Below are positions 44,929-53,123 of a DNA stretch of 64,000 bases, one piece after another (position 1 is the first letter of the stretch; each line of letters begins with the position of its first letter). Made by a program: the position numbers and the translations under genes. The stretch is from a virus (Duplodnaviria; Caudoviricetes). Under the pieces are notes generated by a model. That model ran no database searches, was not told the DNA's origin, and was given only the letters and a program-made list of their open reading frames with translations. Location: IMG/VR virus record IMGVR_UViG_2882837327_000001, positions 21,907-85,906 of that record. One strand, given 5' to 3'.

Positions 44929-47900
44929 CAGGCGGCCTTTCGGGGATCGTCCAGCACGCTGCCAGCGATGCGGATGGTTTCGGGGTGGCCCGGATGGGCG
45001 GTGCGGAGCGCATCCTTCAGCGTCTTGCCAACCGAGCTGACGTAATAGCCGCCGGCGCCGCTCAGCACCCGCCGCATGGCGCTGAGCGTGCTGTCGTCGC
45101 CCCGGGTGGCGGGGAGCGCGGTATCCACGCCGCGGTCCAGCACGCCATGCCTCTCGGCGGCATCATGGAGCGCGGCGAGGGTGTGCGGGCGCATGCTGCC
45201 GATGTTCATGCCCGGCATGACGCTGTCCCGGGCGCTGAGGCCGCCGGCGGCGTTGCGCACGGCATCGCGCCAGCTCGGCGCCGCCCGCACGGCATCAGCG
45301 GCCCGCCGGTCGGCGCGATCGGCCACGCCCGCCAGCAGCTCGGGGGCCTGCTTCGGCCAGAGGTTGCGGATCGCGATCGAGGACGGGCTGTCGTTCAGCA
45401 GGATGTCGGTACCGGCTGGGTTGTCGCGCTTGGCCCCAGCATATTCGGTCTGACCGCTGCGCGTGCGCGGTACCGGCCGATAGTGGTTCCGCAGCGGGCT
45501 GGTCAGCCGGTGCTCCTCCTCCTGGGCCAGCAGCTTGTCGCGCAGCGCGGTGGTGGGCAGGGCGACGCGGTGGTCGGCGGGCGCCTTGGTCGCCTGATAG
45601 GCGGAGACGACATAGGGCTTGCCGCCGGCGTCCGTCATCACCGCATGCGTCGCATAGCCCGCGCGGCCGCTGCGCTGGCTCTCGATCAGGCGGGAATGCA
45701 GCGCCTCGCCGTGCTGCTGCAGCCAGTCATCGCCCATGGCGGCCAGATCGGCGGCATGACCATGGGCGGTGCCGTTCAGGATCCCTTCAGCCTTCGACGC
45801 GGCCGCGCGGCGTTCCTCGCTGGCCTGGGCCTCCTGGGCGGCCCGCCGGGCCGCTTCTGCCGCCTCGGCCGCTGCCTTGTCCCGCGCCGCCTGGCGCTCA
45901 TAGGCGGCATCCCGGTCCACCTTGGTATCGCTGACCCCATCGCGCAGCTTCGAGATCTCGACCGTGCGGGCGAAGCGGTCAGCGCCATCCAGGGTGGCAT
46001 AGCCAGCCGGCAGCAGACTGACGGTGCCACCGACATCATCCACGGCCTGCACCACATAAGCCTCCGGCTCCTTGGACATCGTGTTGAACTTGCCGCCAGG
46101 CTGGATCTCCACCTCCTGACCAGGCCGCCACACGCGGCCGCTGCGGTGGTCGATCGCCACCGATGACGGGTCAGCGTCCAGCACGTCGCCGTGAAGGAAG
46201 GCCGGGTTGGCGGCCAGCGAAGCCTTCAGCCGCTTCGCGCGGAGCCGCATGCCCTTCTCGGTCTCGCCCTCCTCCACCTTCGGCGCCGCGCCATAGCGGT
46301 AGGCGTTCTTCCGGTCGCGCTTCAGGCGCATGGCTTCGATCTGTCGCATGGTGTCGCGGTAGCGCGCCCAGGTCTGCACGGCCTTGATGCTCTCGCCGGC
46401 AGCGCGGCGGGCCTTGGCGTCTTCGAGCTGGGTGGCGAACTTCTCGCGCGCGGCCGCAGGATCCGCCGAGGCCATGATGAGCATTTCCAGCCGGCCGAGG
46501 GAGCCGCGCTGCATGTTGTCCAGCCGATCGCCTCCGCCCCAGAACGCCGTCTGCCAGTCGCCCTTGGCCGCCATGGACTGCCAGCGGTAGCCGTCGAAAC
46601 TGCCCTTGGTGAGATAGGTGTGCAGCCCGACCGTCTCGCGGGTATTGCCCTGGCGCAGGCCGCGCCCATTGCGCTGGATCACACTGGCCGGCTCCCAAGG
46701 GGTGTCGGCGTGGTGGATATCGCTGGTGGTCTCCTGCAGGTTCAGGCCTTCGCCCATGGTCGCCGTGTTACCGATCACCACGTCCAGATGGCCGGCATTG
46801 AAGGCGTCGGCAACGCGCTGGCGGCTGGTGCTGGTCGGCGTGACCTGCGCGTTGATGATGCCGATCCGCTTCGGGTCCATCCCGCCGGCCACCAGCGCAT
46901 CGCGCATCATGCCATGGGCATCCACATAGTCGCTGAACACGATCTGGCCGCCGTTCGCCGCCAGGCGGGCCACATTCTCGGCGATGTCGCGCATCTTGGG
47001 CGACGGCGCGTGTTCACCCCCCGGGTGCAGGAGCCGCATGTCGGTGGCGGCCTTCTGCATGTCGCTGATGACGCTGAACGGGTGGTCGCTGCCCTCGGCA
47101 TCGCGCTGGGCCAGCGCCTGCTCCAGCTTCGGGCGGAGCACCGCGTAAGCCTCAGCCTGGGCCGGATCCATCTCCACCATGTGCTGCTGCATTTCAGGCA
47201 GCGGGATCTTGAGCCCAACATCGGCAGCGGTCTGCCGGTGGATCCAGCGCGTCGCGATGCCGCGCACCTCGTCCATGTTGCGGAAGCCGGTAACAACGGT
47301 GGCCTCCACCGCCTGGCCGTTCGCGCTCAGGATGGTGTCGGTTTCGCGCTCCACGAAGCGGTCAACGAAGTCGTCGGGGTTGTTGATCCCGATCGAGGTC
47401 CAGGCCTCCGGCGCGATGTGCCGGATCATGGAGTAGATTTCGAGCGGGCTGTTCTTCGTGGGCGTGGCGGTCAGCATGTAGACGTTGCCGCCGTTCGCCG
47501 CGTTCTCGCGGATCCAGCGGAACTTGTGCTCTGTCGCCACCGCCTGCTTCGAGGGGGTGCCCGGCGCGCCGAGGAACTTCAGCTCCTGGAACTGGCCAGC
47601 TTCCGGGCTGGCCAGGTTCTTCATGCTATGCGCCTCGTCCATCAGCACCGCGTCGATACCGGTGTCTTCGAGGGTAATGTTGCGCTCGCCCGTGGCCACG
47701 AACTTGCTGGCGGCCACCTTGCCCTCATGACGGTCCTTCAGCTTGCGGGCCTTCTTCTCCTTTGCCTCGTCCAGGGCCTCGCGGCGCTGGGTATAGAAGT
47801 CCTCATCCTCCCACCGCTTCTGGCGCGCCTCATCGAGGTTGATGCGGTTCCAGGTCGGAAGGGTGATGAAAACGAAATCGAAATCGTTCTGCTTCAGCTC

Positions 47901-50900
47901 CGCCAGCTTGCGCCGGCGGGTCTGCTCGTCGTCCTCGCGGCTGGTGACGGTGCCATCCTTCTTCGTCACCAGCGTTTCGCCGATGGCCAGGATCCGCGCA
48001 TCGGGGAACATGGCCTGCTGGGCCTTCACCCAATTGGCCAGCAGGCTCTTCGGCACCACGATCGCGGGCTTCTTCGCCCGGCCGGTGGCGCGCAGCATCG
48101 CGTTCAGCAGCAGGCCGCGGGGCGTCTTGCCCACGCCCACATCGGCGGCACAGATCCCGCGCCCATCGTCCAGCAGCCGCCGCACGCCCGCCCAATGGTA
48201 GGCGTTGACGCTGAAATCGGGCGAGAGACCAGGAACCGGGATCGGCTCCTCGCTATATGCCCGGGGCACGAAGCCGCGGAAGTCGCGGTTGTATCGCTCC
48301 TCGGTGGCGGCGCGCCACGTCTCGTCGGTCAGTAGCCATTCGCGGAAACCGGCCTGCAGGCGGTCCACCTGCGCCGCCTCATCCTTTCGGACGCCACGCC
48401 GCATCAGGACGGCGGCCAGCAGCTCATCGTTCGGCCGCTCGCCGTAGCCGCGATAGCGGCCGCGCACCTGGATGGCACCGCGATCGTCCAGGATCTCCCA
48501 CGGCCCGTCATTGGGGTGGGTCGCGTTCAGCCAGGCCTCGATCGCCGCATGGCTGACGAACGGGCTGCCGAGCTCGATGTTCTCGACATCGCCGAGATCC
48601 TTGGGCGCGATGGCCTGGTGCAGCTCATCAGCCTGGCGCTGAAGCCGTGCACGCTCTGGCCCGACCCGGCCCTCATCGCCGGCGGCTGCACGCGCCGCGT
48701 CGTATTTCGGCCAGAGCGCTCCGGACAGGTATTGGTCGCGGCTGGTCCACTGGCCCGGCTGGTCGGGCAGCATGGCAAAGGCGGGATCCGCGAACAGCTC
48801 CTCCTCCACCCCTTCCGCATCGGCGCGCCCGGCCGCCTGGGCAAGCTGTTCAATGCTGAACTGCCCTTCCCTGCCGGCCAGCTCGGTGGCCACCGCTGCC
48901 AGCGGGGCATGTTGCGCCCGGCTGGTGCCCATGACGGCATCGGAATAGCTGCCGTCGCTGCCCACGGCGCCGAGGAGCTGGGCCACCTGTTTCGCGGCGG
49001 CCGCCGTGCGCTGCGCATGGTCGCCGGCATCCGCGCCGCCAGTGGGAAGCTGGGGCTGGCTGGTCCAGTCCAGCAGCTCGCGGTTCCGGCCAGGCGCGCC
49101 GTGCTTCCCCACAAAGTCGTCCAGCGCCTCGATGAGGTTCACCCGGGCCAGGGCAGTACCTGCAGCGTCGCCGCGCAACACCCCGTCCAGCAGCTCGCCG
49201 ACCTGCAGCGCATCCTGGACCACCGCCGGGATGTCCTGCTCGGCCCGATGCCAGCGCCCGCCTCGCAGGACATACATGATGCCGTCGCGCACCAGCGTAT
49301 CGCCCTCGTGCCGCTCGGGATAAGGCGCACGATCTGCGGCGCGCTCCACCCGCGCAGCATCGTCGCCGGCGGCGGCCAGGATGGCGGCCATGCTGGGGGT
49401 GTTGTCCGCCAGGCTGTCAGTGGGCGGCTGCCACGCCGCAATGTGCTCGGCCACCCCATCCATGCTGCCGCTGACGGTGATGTCGTCGCCGATGCCAGCC
49501 TTGGCGCGCCAGCCAGGTTCCAGCGTGCCCATGACGTGCGCCGCGCCGGCGCCCTCGGTCATGTAGCGGCCGGCCACGAAGTCCGGATCCCAATGCGGCA
49601 GCGCCGCCTGCTGCTGCGTGTTCAGCGCCCCCAGCGCGCCCGCCAGGGCCTGCGGCCGCTTGCGCATGACCAGCAGGTCGGTTGTCACCTCGGTCTGGCT
49701 ATCGGCGAAGGCCGTGTTCGGCAGGCGGAAGGCGGCCATCACCTGGCCCTTGGCCAAAATGCGCTCGCGGAAAGCCCGCGCGCTGCTGGCGTCCAGCACA
49801 CCGGAGGGCAGCACCAGCGCCACCAGGCCGCCGTCCTTCGCCTTGTCGAGAGCGGTATCCAGGAAATACTGCTCGGCGCGGGTGATGTCCGTCTTGGTGA
49901 CATCCTGCTGCCGGAAGGCGTTGCGCGCGCCGAAGGGGGGATTGCCGATCACCAGGTCAAAGCGCCGGGGGTCATAGGTGGCGAAGCCCTCGAAGCTGTC
50001 GGTGACCACCTCGTCGCGGGCGCCGTGCAGGATCCGGTTCACCCGCCCGCTGTCGGTGGACAACTCCACTGCAGTGATCTGCGCGTCCCCTGGCGCGGTA
50101 TGCTGAAACACGCCTGCGCCAGCCGAGGGTTCCAGCACCGCGCCCCCGGTGAAGCCCAGCTTGCGCACCAGGCTCCACGCCGCCTGAGCCACGTCGCGAG
50201 GCGTGTAATACTCGTTGGGCGAGGTGCCGACCCCCTGCCCGCCCCAGCCGGTGTAGCGCGCCAGCCGATCGCGGTCCCCATCGGTCATGGCGTCGTCGGC
50301 CTTGGCAGCGAGGATGGCTTCCGCCTCCTTGTTCGCCTTGATGCGGGCTTTCGCCTTCACGCCGGCGGGCATGCCCCAGGCAGCCGGGCGATAGATCTCG
50401 GCCTGGGGCGGCACCTCCGGGTGCAGAACTGCCACCTCAGCATGAACAGCACCACGCGCGGGCGCCGCGGCGGGCTCGGCGGGGCCTGCATCGGTAGCGT
50501 TTTCCTCCTGCCGTGCCAGCATCGCCGTCACATCGCCGGCCAGCTCGTGCACGGTGGTGGCCGAGATCTCCGGCGCCACGCTGCCGAGGGCGCGCTTGAT
50601 CGCCACGCGGACGCGGGCCCGGCCGCTGTCGCTGGCGGACCAATCGAGCGTGCGCGCAGCCAGGGCAGCATCCAGAACCTGCTGCGTCTTCTCCGCGTCG
50701 AGGTGCAGGATGAACCCCGCCTCGGCCAGCATCGGATCCGCTGCGGGTGGCGGCTCGGTGGCGGCCGGAGCCTCCATCGGCGGTGGATCCAGCGTGAGCT
50801 GCTGCTGAACGGGCGGCTGGGTAAGCGCGGCCGGTGCCGGAGCGAATAGGTCGGGCTGCGCCACCGGCCGATGCGTCTCGATGGTGGCGATGCGCTTTCG

Positions 50901-51032
50901 CCGATGGCTTGCATGCGGGGCGACGAACACGCCCTTCTTGCTCAGGTAGCCCCCAACCATCACGGGGCTGTTGAGCAGGTCGCCAGCGGCGCCGCCCGGG
51001 ATGATGGCCTTCAGGAAGAGGATCACTGGCAT
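44928..51032 (-). CDS. 2034-aa DarB-like protein: N6-adenine methyltransferase plus SNF2 helicase
   Basis: NEYYTP, VLEPSAGAG, IGNPPF (MTase); ADVGVGKT, MDEAH, QRNGRGLRQGN (SF2). Confidence 0.9.
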   Translation of the reverse strand: MPVILFLKAIIPGGAAGDLLNSPVMVGGYLSKKGVFVAPHASHRRKRIATIETHRPVAQPDLFAPAPAALTQPPVQQQLTLDPPPMEAPAATEPPPAADPMLAEAGFILHLDAEKTQQVLDAALAARTLDWSASDSGRARVRVAIKRALGSVAPEISATTVHELAGDVTAMLARQEENATDAGPAEPAAAPARGAVHAEVAVLHPEVPPQAEIYRPAAWGMPAGVKAKARIKANKEAEAILAAKADDAMTDGDRDRLARYTGWGGQGVGTSPNEYYTPRDVAQAAWSLVRKLGFTGGAVLEPSAGAGVFQHTAPGDAQITAVELSTDSGRVNRILHGARDEVVTDSFEGFATYDPRRFDLVIGNPPFGARNAFRQQDVTKTDITRAEQYFLDTALDKAKDGGLVALVLPSGVLDASSARAFRERILAKGQVMAAFRLPNTAFADSQTEVTTDLLVMRKRPQALAGALGALNTQQQAALPHWDPDFVAGRYMTEGAGAAHVMGTLEPGWRAKAGIGDDITVSGSMDGVAEHIAAWQPPTDSLADNTPSMAAILAAAGDDAARVERAADRAPYPERHEGDTLVRDGIMYVLRGGRWHRAEQDIPAVVQDALQVGELLDGVLRGDAAGTALARVNLIEALDDFVGKHGAPGRNRELLDWTSQPQLPTGGADAGDHAQRTAAAAKQVAQLLGAVGSDGSYSDAVMGTSRAQHAPLAAVATELAGREGQFSIEQLAQAAGRADAEGVEEELFADPAFAMLPDQPGQWTSRDQYLSGALWPKYDAARAAAGDEGRVGPERARLQRQADELHQAIAPKDLGDVENIELGSPFVSHAAIEAWLNATHPNDGPWEILDDRGAIQVRGRYRGYGERPNDELLAAVLMRRGVRKDEAAQVDRLQAGFREWLLTDETWRAATEERYNRDFRGFVPRAYSEEPIPVPGLSPDFSVNAYHWAGVRRLLDDGRGICAADVGVGKTPRGLLLNAMLRATGRAKKPAIVVPKSLLANWVKAQQAMFPDARILAIGETLVTKKDGTVTSREDDEQTRRRKLAELKQNDFDFVFITLPTWNRINLDEARQKRWEDEDFYTQRREALDEAKEKKARKLKDRHEGKVAASKFVATGERNITLEDTGIDAVLMDEAHSMKNLASPEAGQFQELKFLGAPGTPSKQAVATEHKFRWIRENAANGGNVYMLTATPTKNSPLEIYSMIRHIAPEAWTSIGINNPDDFVDRFVERETDTILSANGQAVEATVVTGFRNMDEVRGIATRWIHRQTAADVGLKIPLPEMQQHMVEMDPAQAEAYAVLRPKLEQALAQRDAEGSDHPFSVISDMQKAATDMRLLHPGGEHAPSPKMRDIAENVARLAANGGQIVFSDYVDAHGMMRDALVAGGMDPKRIGIINAQVTPTSTSRQRVADAFNAGHLDVVIGNTATMGEGLNLQETTSDIHHADTPWEPASVIQRNGRGLRQGNTRETVGLHTYLTKGSFDGYRWQSMAAKGDWQTAFWGGGDRLDNMQRGSLGRLEMLIMASADPAAAREKFATQLEDAKARRAAGESIKAVQTWARYRDTMRQIEAMRLKRDRKNAYRYGAAPKVEEGETEKGMRLRAKRLKASLAANPAFLHGDVLDADPSSVAIDHRSGRVWRPGQEVEIQPGGKFNTMSKEPEAYVVQAVDDVGGTVSLLPAGYATLDGADRFARTVEISKLRDGVSDTKVDRDAAYERQAARDKAAAEAAEAARRAAQEAQASEERRAAASKAEGILNGTAHGHAADLAAMGDDWLQQHGEALHSRLIESQRSGRAGYATHAVMTDAGGKPYVVSAYQATKAPADHRVALPTTALRDKLLAQEEEHRLTSPLRNHYRPVPRTRSGQTEYAGAKRDNPAGTDILLNDSPSSIAIRNLWPKQAPELLAGVADRADRRAADAVRAAPSWRDAVRNAAGGLSARDSVMPGMNIGSMRPHTLAALHDAAERHGVLDRGVDTALPATRGDDSTLSAMRRVLSGAGGYYVSSVGKTLKDALRTAHPGHPETIRIAGSVLDDPRKAA

Positions 51033-51056
51033 CTGCCAATGGTCGCGTCACGACAC
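51033..51056 (-). promoter_or_regulatory. Late-promoter motif copy 11 (51047-51054; ATG 51032 at 14 nt)
   Basis: GTGTCGTGAC GCG A CCA T TGGCAG ATG. Confidence 0.8.
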
Positions 51057-51063
51057 ACGGCTG

Positions 51064-51122
51064 TTGCGAATTGGAGGAAATGGACGCATCATATCCTTCA
51101 TCAAGGAAGGATTTGATGCCGA
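51064..51122 (+). promoter_or_regulatory. Sigma70-like promoter (TTGCGA-17-CATCAT) overlapped by operator-like cluster C
   Basis: TTGGAGG-AAATG-GACGCAT (51071), CATAT-CCTTCAT (51090), AGGAAGG-ATTTG (51104). Confidence 0.6.
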
Positions 51123-51754
51123 ACTATCTGTATGTGATGGGCTACGGTGAGCGCGACACGAAGATCGGCATTTCAGTCGCTCCGGTGTCGCGCCTGGCAC
51201 AGCTTCGGCCAACCGGCGCCGCTGGCGTCGTAAAGGACTGGCTGCGCCCCGCTGGCGACGCGCAGCGGGTCGAAGCAATCGCACACCGCCTGCTGTCCAC
51301 ATATCGGCACCAGATCACCGGCCAGCGGGAGCGTTTCGCGGTGGGGGCTGAAGCTGCCTGCCAGGCGGTTGAACTGGCCATCACCCTGGCCGCCGAGGCG
51401 CGCGACACGGAACGGGAGGCCGATGCGCTGCAAGACGCATGCGCGGAAGCGATGGAAACTGCCACCGCACCGCCCGAGACGGCAGCGCACCAACGCACCT
51501 GGGGCTATGTCTTCCGCCCGACCGCCATGGAGGCAGGCGCCGAGGCCGATCTACTGACGCGGATGGGGGTGCCGGTGGCGGGGATCTACCGCGATGTCGG
51601 GCGGCGAGGCACCGGCCTGAAACGGGTGCTGGCCGCGCTCGAAGCCGGTGACGTGCTGGTGGTGGCCGATCATGACCGCGTGGACGACATCACCCTGCTG
51701 GACGTGCAGCAGCGCGGAGCTCGGCACCATGTCCTAGCGATCGCGCCCGGGTAG
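51116..51754 (+). CDS. T5orf172/GIY-YIG-like nuclease domain fused to a degenerate serine-resolvase-like domain
   Basis: YLYVMG...TKIGIS...SRLAQL...VEAIAHRLL...RERF; WGYV...IYRDVG...GLKRVLAALEAGDVLVVADHDRV; AAGGAAGG SD. Confidence 0.7.
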   Translation: MPNYLYVMGYGERDTKIGISVAPVSRLAQLRPTGAAGVVKDWLRPAGDAQRVEAIAHRLLSTYRHQITGQRERFAVGAEAACQAVELAITLAAEARDTEREADALQDACAEAMETATAPPETAAHQRTWGYVFRPTAMEAGAEADLLTRMGVPVAGIYRDVGRRGTGLKRVLAALEAGDVLVVADHDRVDDITLLDVQQRGARHHVLAIAPG

Positions 51755-51760
51755 CGCCTC

Positions 51761-51928
51761 AGTTTCTCCTGGTGGGAAGGGCCGTAGAGGTCAATCGCGC
51801 CCCCCACCCGCAAGGTTCAGTAGGGGCCGCCTACGCCCGGCACACGCAAGTGGGATGCCGGCAACGTCGCAAAGGCGGAGCGATGCCCGGGGAGAGCTGC
51901 CTGCGCATCGCACCCACCAGGGGAAACT
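51761..51928 (+). ncRNA. Candidate structured ncRNA (multibranch, 16-bp closing stem, three GCAA-containing hairpin loops)
   Basis: AGTTTCTCCTGGTGGG (51761-76) pairs with CCCACCAGGGGAAACT (51913-28); internal helices located by eye. Confidence 0.7.
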
Positions 51929-53123
51929 AAGTCGCTGCTGGATCGGGCTTGGCGGTGGTGACAGCCACCTTGGCCAACTCGCCATTGAGCCAGGCCATGA
52001 ACGCGGGATCCACACCCGCCGGCTTCGCCTCCGGCACATAGGTCCACGATCCCCGACAATGCGGGTGCTGCACGCCGGCGGCCACCCACCACCGCTCATC
52101 GGGCGAGCGCTCCACCATCACCCCGCCATCACGGCGTTTCGAGCTCGCCCTACGGCGGGCGTTGGTCTTCCCGACCCACACGTCGCTGTTGCCGTTCCGC
52201 TTCGGGTCGCCGGGCGCGACCACGCGGAACGTCTTGCCGTTGATGGATTTGCAGAAATCGCAGGCGCCCCGGTAGGCCTCGACGCGCCGCACCTTCGCCC
52301 CGAGGGGCTGGCCCGCGATGAAGCCGGTGTTGTGCGCCTCGCCGATCTCCGTGACCGCGATGCGGCGCCAGTCCCTGTTGAGCTGGCCGAACTCATCGAA
52401 CAGGGCACTGCGCAGATACTCCGGCGTGCCGCCCTGCTCGCCCAGCACCTGCATCTGAAGCCGTTCCAGCAGCACCGCCTTGATGCGCTTGCGCGTGTCG
52501 TCGGCGAGATCCGAGATGAACATGGCGGCACGCGCGGCCGCGATGTCCAGGATAGCGGATTCCACTCCGGTCAGCACCTTCGGCGGCAGGTCGCGCCGGC
52601 GCATCGGAAGCGCTGAAGCGATCGCCGCGGCGCCGGGGTTCGGCCTGGCGCTGCGGTCCATGGCGGCCTTGATCTTGCCCAGCAGCGCGGCCCGCACTGC
52701 CATGAAGTCCGCCATGCTGGTGATGACGCCTTCGGGCAGGTATTCGGCCAGCAGCAGGTCAGCCAGGTCCATCCAATCGCCGATACCGAAGTGGGCTGGC
52801 CCCTTGGCTTCCAGGCGCGCCCGCACCACGTCCAGCCGGGCCTGGCGCATGTCTTCCCAATCGGCGGCCTTCCGCAGCGCGCCGAGCGGCTTTCCACCCA
52901 TATAGGCGATCAGCTCATCCTGGATGGCCTGCAGGATGCGCTGCATCCATGCCGTCACGTCCTCGATGTGCTGGGCGATGAAGGGATCATGGTGGCGCTC
53001 CCAGATGGATGCATCGCCATCGCCGCGAGGATCGACGGCCATCGCCTTGAACAGGCCCTCGATGCAGTCGTTGCAGTGCGCTTCCGGGACCGCGCCGATG
53101 TCCAGCAGCAGGGGGCCAGTCAC
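51927..53123 (-). CDS. Head morphogenesis protein (Mu gpF/SPP1 gp7-like)
   Basis: RDWRRIAVTE; CDFC; HPHCRGSW. Confidence 0.85.
   Translation of the reverse strand: MTGPLLLDIGAVPEAHCNDCIEGLFKAMAVDPRGDGDASIWERHHDPFIAQHIEDVTAWMQRILQAIQDELIAYMGGKPLGALRKAADWEDMRQARLDVVRARLEAKGPAHFGIGDWMDLADLLLAEYLPEGVITSMADFMAVRAALLGKIKAAMDRSARPNPGAAAIASALPMRRRDLPPKVLTGVESAILDIAAARAAMFISDLADDTRKRIKAVLLERLQMQVLGEQGGTPEYLRSALFDEFGQLNRDWRRIAVTEIGEAHNTGFIAGQPLGAKVRRVEAYRGACDFCKSINGKTFRVVAPGDPKRNGNSDVWVGKTNARRRASSKRRDGGVMVERSPDERWWVAAGVQHPHCRGSWTYVPEAKPAGVDPAFMAWLNGELAKVAVTTAKPDPAAT

Noticed and set aside
51761-51928. tRNA, tmRNA, hammerhead or group II intron domain V
   Set aside because: No T-loop or anticodon cloverleaf, no CUGAUGA core, no AGC-triad domain V pattern recognised
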